Source: Nitrosopumilaceae archaeon (GTDB lineage: Archaea > Thermoproteota > Nitrososphaeria > Nitrososphaerales > Nitrosopumilaceae). Taken from it: 64,000 bases of DNA. The DNA lies in assembly GCA_965214835.1 (NCBI GenBank), contig CBDCCK010000002.1:1312001-1376000 (forward strand). The letters run 5' to 3'. The position numbers and the translations under genes are program-made. Below, piece after piece: positions 29,934 to 38,766 of the stretch (its first letter is position 1; every line of letters starts with the position of its first letter). The notes beneath the pieces are model-generated. The model was not told the DNA's origin and ran no database searches. It saw nothing but the letters and a program-made list of their open reading frames with translations.

Positions 29934-31412
29934 ATGCATTTTACCTTGTTGATTGTCCCATTAGCTGTTCTTAGTATTATTGGAATTCATGAATCTTTTG
30001 CACTAGAAAAAGATGTGTTATTTGAAGACACATTTGATGATACTGCAGATTGGTCATTTTGGTATCGAAATAGCGGTGATATTTCTGGCTCTAATAACAA
30101 CTATTCATTTGTAATTCAGCAAGATGCTTCTAATTCATACGCTATGATTAGTGGAGATGGATATGCAACAGACTCGGGAATACAAAAAACCATCAATCTA
30201 ACGCCAGATCCCACTAAATCGCTAGTACTAACATTTGATTTTCTAGCCAGCTCTGCCATTCAATACGCAACTACCAACTCAGCAATATCAATTTATGATG
30301 CTGTTACAAACGAACTACTGTATAACGAATTTACAGGACCGCCAATACTAAACACAAACTGGCAACACTATTCAAAGGATATCACCAAAATTGTACGTGA
30401 AGCAAAAGAAATTACCATCATTTTACATCTTAGTGACAATTGGTCTGCAAATCACCGTCAAGTAAATCTATATGATAATGTAAAACTCGAATACAAATTA
30501 GAGCTCCCTGACAAAACTAATGGATATCAAGACATTTTTCCAACAAAACCAAGGCCGGGTTTAGTTGAATTTACAAGCAATAAAAAAATAAACGATGGCG
30601 ATTTTCATCATATAGCCCTTGTAATTGATAGAGAATCAAATCAAACAAAATTGTTCATAGATGGCAGTTTAGATTCAACACACGGCATATCTAATGTAGG
30701 CCATATTGGTCAGCCAGCAATTGGACTTGACATAGGAAACACTGGTTGGCCTAACCAACCTGCCTCAATGTTTGATGGAATAATGGATCAAATCAGAATA
30801 TTTGATCATGCGTTGTCGCAAACACAAGTAAATTATCTCCTCACAGAAGTAACCATCCAACGCGAGAATTTGCTTTTGGAATTGTTATTTGAAGGCGACA
30901 ATATAGCAGACACCAGCAAAAAAGGAATATCTGTCAGTCCCAGCAATCTAAAATTTGTTAATGGCAAGTTTGGTAAGGCTGTGCTGTTTAATGGAAATAA
31001 CGACATAATACGAGTGGCAAATGACGGATTCCTGCATTTTGATTTGAGCAGCTTTAGCATTTCTGCCTGGGTAAAGATTGAACCCGAACAAAAGGGAGGA
31101 CTTTTGTTGTATGACAAACGAAATAACGATGGTACGTATAGGGGATGGCATATCAAAGCAGATGAGCATGTGTCTGTAAGCATCAATGATGGACGGCCAG
31201 TCCAAATTACTATACCTCCAGATCTATCTGAACCTCCTCTATCTATTCCACCTGATAGGGACATTCTCAAAGAGAACAAACAACTACGACTAGAAAATGA
31301 AAAACTCAGAAATGAAACACGTTTGCTGTATGAGAGAATTACCGAACTTCAAGATACAATTTTGGAGCAAATTAAAGCAATGCTTGAAATACTTAGGATG
31401 AAGTATGAATAG
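29934..31412 (+). CDS. Secreted LamG/ConA-like domain protein with C-terminal coiled coil
   Basis: Signal peptide; FHHIALV...LFIDG...FDGIMDQIRIFDHAL; GKFGKAVLFNG...FSISAWVK; AT-rich. Confidence 0.85.
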   Translation: MHFTLLIVPLAVLSIIGIHESFALEKDVLFEDTFDDTADWSFWYRNSGDISGSNNNYSFVIQQDASNSYAMISGDGYATDSGIQKTINLTPDPTKSLVLTFDFLASSAIQYATTNSAISIYDAVTNELLYNEFTGPPILNTNWQHYSKDITKIVREAKEITIILHLSDNWSANHRQVNLYDNVKLEYKLELPDKTNGYQDIFPTKPRPGLVEFTSNKKINDGDFHHIALVIDRESNQTKLFIDGSLDSTHGISNVGHIGQPAIGLDIGNTGWPNQPASMFDGIMDQIRIFDHALSQTQVNYLLTEVTIQRENLLLELLFEGDNIADTSKKGISVSPSNLKFVNGKFGKAVLFNGNNDIIRVANDGFLHFDLSSFSISAWVKIEPEQKGGLLLYDKRNNDGTYRGWHIKADEHVSVSINDGRPVQITIPPDLSEPPLSIPPDRDILKENKQLRLENEKLRNETRLLYERITELQDTILEQIKAMLEILRMKYE

Positions 31413-31833
31413 TAAAATCTCTACAATCGTAACAGCTCGGGCTTCGGAAGTGATTTATAATTTTAGGCACAAATTCTGTTTGATCGGCTTCTTTGATGGC
31501 AAAATTCGCGCCTGAACTTCCAGAGCCCTACCTGTTACCTGTTTTGTCTATTTTGCAGACTTTGCAGACTTTGACGACTTTTGGCGCCTGAAGGCCATGT
31601 TTTGTCTGAAGATTTGACAAGCCATCTATCCATTCACATGATTTTTAATTATGGACACTCCTCTGGCCGGCAGGCACGTAACCTCACACGTCAGTCTGAA
31701 GTACACGATTCATGGTGGTGGAGACAGCTACATGCGGATCTGTAATGTGCACACCAAAAAACGGATCATGGTTTTGACATATCGTGCCTATTCCAACAGA
31801 AAAATATTCGATTTTCAACTGTACGTACTATGA

Positions 31834-31898
31834 AGGCAGCTTGGCTTGAGATACTTCATGGTTTGGAGCCGTTTTTTGGGTTACTTTTGGGAAGGCTG
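31834..31898. repeat. Family C MITE end
   Basis: aggcagcttgg...gggttacttttgggaaggctg is similar to 33207-33272. Confidence 0.6.
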
Positions 31899-31972
31899 CC
31901 CGTTCTGGATCCCGCTCCAACTATTAATAGCCAGAACAGGACATATGCAATAGGAGAAGCGGAGAAATCATT

Positions 31973-32173
31973 ATGAAATCCGAATATGAATACATCATGT
32001 CGGCACGTGATCAATTGGGAGAACACTTGCGATGCTGGATCGCAGTGGTAGGGGAAGTGATAGTTTCAACAGGCGATAATGCCAAGGAAGTCTATCAAAA
32101 AGCAAAAGAACAACACCCGGGCAAAACCCCATTTATCATGAAAATTCCTAAAGAGACCGTAATGCTACTTTAG
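31973..32173 (+). CDS. DUF5678-like small protein
   Basis: WIAVVGEVIVSTGDNAKEVY...HPGKTPFIMKIP. Confidence 0.75.
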   Translation: MKSEYEYIMSARDQLGEHLRCWIAVVGEVIVSTGDNAKEVYQKAKEQHPGKTPFIMKIPKETVMLL

Positions 32174-32263
32174 TCCCAACCCTGTCCTCCCGATTCAGAA
32201 ACAGATCCAACATCACATTGCACTACGTCAATTATGATGATCCGATAACAAATTCAACATACA

Positions 32264-32344
32264 AGACTTTATGCGTAATCGACCTGAATGAGATGAATTT
32301 GTTCGTAATAATCCCAGATCTAAACCGATTACGCATAAAGTCTA
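32264..32344. mobile_element. MITE family B
   Basis: Reverse complement of 4118-4199 with few mismatches. Confidence 0.85.
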
Positions 32345-32436
32345 ACAGGCCAAGATTATGATAATCCAGAAGATTCTTGGCACTACTCAATTCAGTATTC
32401 GGCAACGAATATTACATAATCTTTTTTTATTTTGAT

Positions 32437-32706
32437 ATGAAGCGTAAAAAATTGTTTTTTGTAGGGGCAGGATCTATGATAGCTGGAATTATATTTTCTC
32501 TTCAACCGTACAATCCGGGCAGATTTCAAACAGTTCATGAGTTTGCCATTCAATGTCATTTACGCTCAGATCATTTTCTTGAGGTATTTGGAGGGTCATT
32601 AGCAGAATTAGACTGGTGTCTTCACAATACGGGGTTATCCTTAGCACTATATACGATAATCGGAATAGGTGCATTCTTAATTTACAAATCAGGGATCAGA
32701 CAATAA
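32437..32706 (+). CDS. Small two-TM membrane protein
   Basis: MKRKKLFFVGAG..., two TM segments and two Cys in the loop. Confidence 0.6.
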   Translation: MKRKKLFFVGAGSMIAGIIFSLQPYNPGRFQTVHEFAIQCHLRSDHFLEVFGGSLAELDWCLHNTGLSLALYTIIGIGAFLIYKSGIRQ

Positions 32707-32781
32707 GACTTCGGATGAATCTGTGAGATCAGCCGACAACCAACACGGAGAAATCAGCCGGAGACGGACACAGGATCTAAA

Positions 32782-32881
32782 CAGTCTTTCCGAAAGTTCC
32801 CCCTAAAACGGCTCCAAGTTTGACGCGATTCAGATCATGCCGCCTGCACCGCCGTGAGTCGGGTTGCATCTGGGAAGACTG
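32782..32881. mobile_element. MITE-like element, family C
   Basis: Imperfect TIRs cagtctttccga / tctgggaagactg. Confidence 0.6.
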
Positions 32882-32926
32882 AGCGGATCAGCCATCCTTA
32901 AAAGCAGGAAGACCACAACGTAAGGC

Positions 32927-33064
32927 ATGGCCAGGACAGGGCAGGTCGACGACCTGACCCCGGAGGAGATCAGCGCCATTGACGACTTTTATGCAAGCGA
33001 CGAGGGCAAGGTGACATTCGAGCCTCACGAGGATGTCATAAAGCGGCTACATGATCAAGAGTAA
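32927..33064 (+). CDS. 45-aa acidic putative antitoxin (not in ORF track)
   Basis: MARTGQVDDLTPEEISAIDDFYASDEGKVTFEPHEDVIKRLHDQE; TAATG coupling to the next gene. Confidence 0.6.
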   Translation: MARTGQVDDLTPEEISAIDDFYASDEGKVTFEPHEDVIKRLHDQE

Positions 33065-33222
33065 TGACTCGGTGGAAAACCGTCCTTGGGAAAAGATTCC
33101 CAAAACAGTACAAAAACCCCGATGTGCAGATCAAGCAGAGGGCAGATCACGCGATTGAAGAGCTAAAAAACCCCGATAGCCCGGAGGTGGCGACGTGTGG
33201 ATCTGCAGGCAGCTTGGTTTGA
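33064..33222 (+). pseudogene. Truncated RelE/ParE-like toxin
   Basis: MTRWKTVLGKRFPKQYKNPDVQIKQRADHAIEEL resembles a RelE N-terminus; runs into an inverted family-C repeat at about 33182. Confidence 0.6.
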
Positions 33223-33332
33223 GTTGTTTCGAGTTTTAGAATCGCTTTATGGGTTACTTTTGAGAAAGACTGTTAAATTAACACAATTTGTATTTCCTGC
33301 ATTTTTTCATACGACAGTCCAATGACTGCACC

Positions 33333-33515
33333 GTACGAGGTCACGTCCCCCCACTGTCTATAGTGACGATTAAAAGTTTTTGAGCGCATGTGGGCATAAG
33401 CTACGCAGGAAGGCGCCTTTTGATGATCAAAGACTTTCAATCGCCACTATAGGCATGGAAATCATAATTGTACGTGCCAATTTGTGCCTGATTGGCGGGG
33501 CAGGTGACCTCGTAC
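33333..33515. mobile_element. MITE family A (TSD ACTGCACC) carrying a nested 89-bp MITE at 33361-33449
   Basis: Outer TIRs and 8-bp TSD; inner TIRs tagtgacgattaaaagt / actttcaatcgccacta flanked by duplicated TA. Confidence 0.9.
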
Positions 33516-33584
33516 ACTGCACCTATCAAAACCAAGGAAAACCTCCACATGCAACCACAATCTCGCTGTGGGTGCCATCTTCAA

Positions 33585-34409
33585 TCAGCCGAGTCCAGCT
33601 GAGGGCGCTTTACCTTTTACCTCTCCTAGGACTTTATCCAAGATTCCCTCGTTGGCAGCTGCGACAAATGACAGCCTGGTCTCGTAGCTCAGATCCGAGT
33701 CAAGCGGCTCAAGGTTCCCGTCCAGAACCAGGCCTCCGGCCTCCTTTGCCAGGATGTATCCTGCCGCCAGATCCTGGACTCTTATCTTCCCGCGAAGGTC
33801 GATGTAGACGTCGATCAGCCCCCTTGCAAACATGGCCATCTCCAGCGCATTGGCGCCAAAGTGTCTCGTGTGGTTGTGGCTCTCAAAGACCGGATCCAGC
33901 ATCCTCATCAGCTCGCCGTTTGCGCCCGACGTGTTTACCCCGACGATCCTGTACACCGGCTCCCCGTCGTGGACCCTGATCTGCTCCCCGTTGAAAAAGC
34001 ATCCCCTGCCCCTTGAGGCCCAGTACGTGTCCCCGTTTGAGAGGTCTGCGACGACCCCGTCCGTAATCGAGCTGAGCCTGTCTTCTGTGGCAAAGGCAAG
34101 CGAGCAGCAAAAAAACGGCACGCCTCTGACTGCGTTTGCAGAGCCGTCGATTGCGTCCATTATTATATATCCACTCGGGTTCTCGGAGAGCTCCACCCTC
34201 CCGCACTCCTCGCCTAGGACCACGCATTCAAGGCCGACCTCTCTTAGATAGTCCAGTACGGTCTTCTCGGCTAGGATGTCGATGTTTCTTGAGACGTCTC
34301 CCCCCGCGCCTATCCCGTTGTGGCCCGCGGCCTCCTCGGTGCCCGCCAGATCCTTTACGCCGTCATAGACCATCCTTGAGGCATTTCTCAGTATCTCGAC
34401 TATCTCCAT
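33585..34409 (-). CDS. Inositol monophosphatase / FBPase family protein
   Basis: GEE, DAIDGSAN, RHFGANALE, DLAAG. Confidence 0.92.
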   Translation of the reverse strand: MEIVEILRNASRMVYDGVKDLAGTEEAAGHNGIGAGGDVSRNIDILAEKTVLDYLREVGLECVVLGEECGRVELSENPSGYIIMDAIDGSANAVRGVPFFCCSLAFATEDRLSSITDGVVADLSNGDTYWASRGRGCFFNGEQIRVHDGEPVYRIVGVNTSGANGELMRMLDPVFESHNHTRHFGANALEMAMFARGLIDVYIDLRGKIRVQDLAAGYILAKEAGGLVLDGNLEPLDSDLSYETRLSFVAAANEGILDKVLGEVKGKAPSAGLG

Positions 34410-34483
34410 GCCACACCGATTTTTTTTCGTAATTTAAAGTGGAGTTTTTGAAGGCATAAATAACAAGAAGTGGGCCTAGCGTT

Positions 34484-35596
34484 GTGAGCGGCAAGGATCA
34501 GTCGGTTGTAAGCAGGGATGCCCTGATGAGCACAAAGCCCGGAAAGCAGATCATCAGGCAGGGACTGTTCAAGTCAAAGGGCTACAAGATGTTCAGCAAA
34601 TACAAAGAGGAGACCGAGGGCGCATTTCCAGACTTTGCCCGGCGGTTCGCGCGTGACCTGCACAGCGAGATAAGGTCAGACTCCAGCCCCAACTCCACCC
34701 AGCAGGCGTTTGCCGAGGAGGTGGGCTCGACCGAGATCACCCTTCAGGCATCCGAAATCGCCCCAATAAAGTCAAGGCTTGAGGACGCCGAGGTCCTAAT
34801 GGACAGGGTTCAGAGAATACTTGACTCCAACTTTGTAAAAATGACGTTTCCCGTCTTCAATGCGCTCTTTGATGCGGCATCCCGGTATACGGGCAGCCGC
34901 GCAGAGCTAAAGCAGGATGTCGTAGAGGGCCACATCCTTGCAATTGACCTCAGCGAGCCCATGGACAGGATCGTAGACAGGGACGAGGACCTGGACTATC
35001 TGGACGACTACAAGCTGATGAATCCGTACATCCTCAAGCTTGCACGCGATAAAATCTCCCGGGGCGGGGACGCCGTCCTCGGAGAGTTCGAGGAGGGATT
35101 CAGGGACGCGCGTGCCGGCCAGTACCTGGATGAGAAGCTAAAGTCCAAGCCGACTGGCATCACCGAGGAGGAGATGGCCACCTCCTACAAAAAATACCGC
35201 GCCGTAATGGGCACCGCCGGAAGGAACATGGCCCTTGCCGAGCGCCCCCTGGGGGAGATCTTCTACCTGGGCATGGCACGCGCGGCAGAAGGGGTGGGCT
35301 GCGGAAACGAGATCGAGGACTCGATCAAGGGCGGATCTGTAAAGATTCCCTCTTGGCCCCTGTACTATTCCCTCCTGGCAGGCGACGTCCAAAAGGGATT
35401 CGAGCTGACGCTGGAAAAAGGCGGCCTGTACCTGCAGGATGCAAGGCTGGCTGCCAAGCTGCTACCTGATGATTTCTCACATACGGAATTCCTGGAATTC
35501 CTGTTTCTGACCGTGGAGCATTACAACCAGTTCTGGTACAACAAGCTCCAAAAGGCCGGCATGTGGCAGGAGCTTGCCTCGGGGCTTCCCCGGTGA
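34484..35596 (+). CDS. Conserved thaumarchaeal hypothetical protein
   Basis: 370-aa helical ORF with core-type codon usage, in an operon with RFC-L. Confidence 0.85.
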   Translation: MSGKDQSVVSRDALMSTKPGKQIIRQGLFKSKGYKMFSKYKEETEGAFPDFARRFARDLHSEIRSDSSPNSTQQAFAEEVGSTEITLQASEIAPIKSRLEDAEVLMDRVQRILDSNFVKMTFPVFNALFDAASRYTGSRAELKQDVVEGHILAIDLSEPMDRIVDRDEDLDYLDDYKLMNPYILKLARDKISRGGDAVLGEFEEGFRDARAGQYLDEKLKSKPTGITEEEMATSYKKYRAVMGTAGRNMALAERPLGEIFYLGMARAAEGVGCGNEIEDSIKGGSVKIPSWPLYYSLLAGDVQKGFELTLEKGGLYLQDARLAAKLLPDDFSHTEFLEFLFLTVEHYNQFWYNKLQKAGMWQELASGLPR

Positions 35597-35602
35597 TCTG
35601 CC

Positions 35603-36760
35603 GTGATGTGGTCTGAAAAGCACCGGCCCCAAACCATAAGCGACATGGTGGGAAACGAGGAGGCACGCTCGGCCGTCGTGGAATGGTTTGCCAAATGGAA
35701 AAAGGGGATCCGGCCGATCCTCCTAGTCGGCCCCCCGGGAATAGGCAAGACGACCATTGCAAACATCGCCGCAAGGCAGTTCGGATATGACATGGTCGGC
35801 CTCAACGCCAGCGACGCCAGAAGCAAGTCTAGGATCAACGAAATCCTGTCCCCCGTCCTTGGAAACGTCAGCGTGGTCGGGGTGCCGATGATCTTCGTAG
35901 ACGAGGTCGACGGCATACACGGGCGCTCTGATTATGGCGGAGCCGACGCCCTGATCCGGATTCTAAAGGAGGCGACCGTCCCCATAGTGCTGGCTGCAAA
36001 CCGTGACGACTCTGCAAAGATGAAGGGCATCAAAAAGGCGGCAAAGACGGTCCAGTTCAGGCCGCTTCCGCCCCGGCTCCTGCGCGTATACCTGCAGAGC
36101 GTCCTCAAAAAGGAGGGCGCCACCCTGGGACCCGGGACGCTGATCAGGATTGTCAGCGAGTCGCGCGGGGACATCCGCTCGATCCTCAACTCCGCGCAGG
36201 CGCTAGTCTCCGGGTTTGATCCCCCGACAGAAAAGTCATTTGAGGCCCTCAACGTGGAGGAGGGCGTCAACGCGTTCTTCAAGTCCAGATCAGTCGAGGA
36301 GGCCAGAACCGTCCTGTACTCGCTGAGGATCGATCCCCGGGAAAAAATCAACGCGTTTTACTCCAGTATTATAACAAGCTCCGCTTCAGGCGGCGACATG
36401 CAGAGGATGCTGGGGGTGATATCTGAGGCAGACATGCTGTACGGCAGGATCATCAGAACCCAGAACTGGAGGCTGCTTCGATACCTTGACTCCATCCTGC
36501 TGAACCTGTACAAGGCAGGCACCGCCATACGGTACACGCAGTACAACCTGTCCTGGCCGCTGCTCAACAGGATAAGGTGGGACGGCGCCAAGCTAAGGTC
36601 GCTCTCGCAGGTCCTGGGGAGGATGCTTCATGCATCCCAAAGCTCGATTGCGACGTTTTACCTGCCGTACATCCTGTTCTGCATGAAAAACAAAAGACTA
36701 GAGCTGGACCTGGAGGCATTCGGGGAGCTGCTGGAAAAGGAGATGGAGCTGATAAAGTGA
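35603..36760 (+). CDS. rfcL: Replication factor C large subunit
   Basis: WSEKHRP, GPPGIGKTT, LNASDAR, DEVDG, GDIRS. Confidence 0.9.
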   Translation: MMWSEKHRPQTISDMVGNEEARSAVVEWFAKWKKGIRPILLVGPPGIGKTTIANIAARQFGYDMVGLNASDARSKSRINEILSPVLGNVSVVGVPMIFVDEVDGIHGRSDYGGADALIRILKEATVPIVLAANRDDSAKMKGIKKAAKTVQFRPLPPRLLRVYLQSVLKKEGATLGPGTLIRIVSESRGDIRSILNSAQALVSGFDPPTEKSFEALNVEEGVNAFFKSRSVEEARTVLYSLRIDPREKINAFYSSIITSSASGGDMQRMLGVISEADMLYGRIIRTQNWRLLRYLDSILLNLYKAGTAIRYTQYNLSWPLLNRIRWDGAKLRSLSQVLGRMLHASQSSIATFYLPYILFCMKNKRLELDLEAFGELLEKEMELIK

Positions 36761-37068
36761 GCTGGCGCAAGATCACCATGAAGTTTCCCGGAACCTGCAC
36801 CGTATGCGGCGAAAAAATCGAGGCCAGTGAAACCGGCCTGTGGGCCAAGGGCCTGGGCGTAAAGCACGAGAGGTGCGCCGAGCCCCGGGAGCTTGCCTGC
36901 ATCGTCTGCGGCGGCCCTGCCGGCTGCGCCGGCTGCGAGCTCAACGAGGACTGTGACCTGGAAAGGGTCTCACAGCTGTGCATGTGCAAGGGATGCAGCG
37001 ATGCCGGGGATCCGTTTTCTGCCTACCTGTCTTCTGTCAAAAAAAAGTTTCACGCTCTTAACACCTAA
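36757..37068 (+). CDS. Cys-rich putative zinc-binding protein
   Basis: GTG start overlapping the rfcL stop; several CxxC motifs. Confidence 0.8.
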   Translation: MSWRKITMKFPGTCTVCGEKIEASETGLWAKGLGVKHERCAEPRELACIVCGGPAGCAGCELNEDCDLERVSQLCMCKGCSDAGDPFSAYLSSVKKKFHALNT

Positions 37069-37212
37069 AGCCTGCCCTGCGGGAAATCCCCGCACTGGAT
37101 CCCGGCCGTAAAAAAGCAGTTGAAAAAAAAGTTTTCAGGCCAGCTGGAAAACAGGCCGGCTATCCCCCGACTAAAATTAATATAGGATATAGAATGCCTC
37201 AGATCGCGGGGC

Positions 37213-38760
37213 ATGCATTCAGAAAAGATCGACGTCTATTCCAACAAAAAGAAAACCGCCTTGCAGGGGGGCGGACAGGATCGCATCGCCGCACAGCACG
37301 GCAAGGGCAAGCTGACCGCCCGAGAGAGGATCTCCATCCTGCTAGACGAGGGGACCTTTACCGAGGTTGATCCCCTGACAACCCACCACTATCACGAGTA
37401 TGACATGCAGAAGAAAAAGTTCTTCGGGGACGGCGTCGTGGGCGGATACGGCAGGATAAACGGCCGACAGGCCTTCGTTTTTGCATATGATTTTACGGTC
37501 CTAGGAGGCACCCTCAGCCAGATGGGGGCCAGGAAAATCACAAAGCTGATGGATCACGCAGTGAGGACCGGCTGCCCGATTGTCGGCATCATGGACTCGG
37601 GGGGCGCGAGAATCCAGGAGGGAATCATGAGCCTCGACGGGTTTGCAGACATCTTTTACCACAACCAGCTTGCATCCGGCGTAATCCCGCAGATCACCGC
37701 AAGTATAGGGCCCTCGGCAGGCGGCTCGGTATACTCTCCTGCAATGACTGACTTTATCGTGATGGTGGACAAGGCCGCAACGATGTTTGTCACCGGACCC
37801 GACGTCGTAAAGACCGTGCTAGGCGAGGAGATTACCGCAGACGAGCTGGGCGGCGCGGTATCCCACGGCTCCAGGAGCGGCGTTGCCCACTTTGTGGCCC
37901 AAAACGAGTACGAGTGCATGGATTACATCAAAAAACTGCTCTCGTTTATCCCACAGAACAACACCCAGCAGGCCCCTGCCGTAAGGACAGACGACGATCC
38001 CAACCGCCTGGACAACCGGCTCATCGACATCATCCCCGAGAATCCGCTGCATCCGTACGACATGCACGAGATAGTCAGCTCGATCGTCGACAACCACGAG
38101 TTCTTTGAGATACACGAACTGTTTGCACAGAACATCATAGTGGGATATGCAAGGATGGACGGCCAGACAGTCGGCATCGTCGCAAACCAGCCCTCGGCGC
38201 TAGCAGGCGCCCTGGACATAGACTCCTCGAACAAGGCTGCACGCTTTATCAGGTTCTGCGACTCGTTTAACATTCCGATTGTAACGCTTGTAGACACCCC
38301 CGGCTACATGCCCGGCTCCCACCAGGAGCACAACGGCATAATCAGGCACGGAAGCAAGCTCCTCTACGCATACTGCGAGGCGACGGTCCCAAAGATTACG
38401 ATCGTAGTCGGCAAGGCCTATGGGGGCGCATACATTGCAATGGGCAGCAAGAACCTGAGGACCGATGTCAACTATGCGTGGCCTACTGCGCGCTGTGCCG
38501 TGCTCGGCGCCGAGGCCGCAGTCAAAATCATGAGCAGGAAGGATCTTGCACGCGCAGACGACCCCGAGGCGCTAAAAAAGCGGCTGACTGACGAGTTTGC
38601 CGAAAAGTTCGACAACCCGTATGTCGCCGCATCCCACGGGACCGTGGACAACGTAATTGATCCGGCAGAGACCCGGCCCATGATAATCAAGGCCCTGCAC
38701 ATGCTCAAAAACAAGCGTGACAGGCAGCTTCCCCGAAAGCACGGAAACATAAACCTGTGA
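37213..38760 (+). CDS. pccB: Acetyl-/propionyl-CoA carboxylase, carboxyltransferase subunit
   Basis: GKLTARERI, DSGGARIQEG, DTPGYMPG, RKHGNINL. Confidence 0.95.
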   Translation: MHSEKIDVYSNKKKTALQGGGQDRIAAQHGKGKLTARERISILLDEGTFTEVDPLTTHHYHEYDMQKKKFFGDGVVGGYGRINGRQAFVFAYDFTVLGGTLSQMGARKITKLMDHAVRTGCPIVGIMDSGGARIQEGIMSLDGFADIFYHNQLASGVIPQITASIGPSAGGSVYSPAMTDFIVMVDKAATMFVTGPDVVKTVLGEEITADELGGAVSHGSRSGVAHFVAQNEYECMDYIKKLLSFIPQNNTQQAPAVRTDDDPNRLDNRLIDIIPENPLHPYDMHEIVSSIVDNHEFFEIHELFAQNIIVGYARMDGQTVGIVANQPSALAGALDIDSSNKAARFIRFCDSFNIPIVTLVDTPGYMPGSHQEHNGIIRHGSKLLYAYCEATVPKITIVVGKAYGGAYIAMGSKNLRTDVNYAWPTARCAVLGAEAAVKIMSRKDLARADDPEALKKRLTDEFAEKFDNPYVAASHGTVDNVIDPAETRPMIIKALHMLKNKRDRQLPRKHGNINL

Positions 38761-38766
38761 TGAGGC

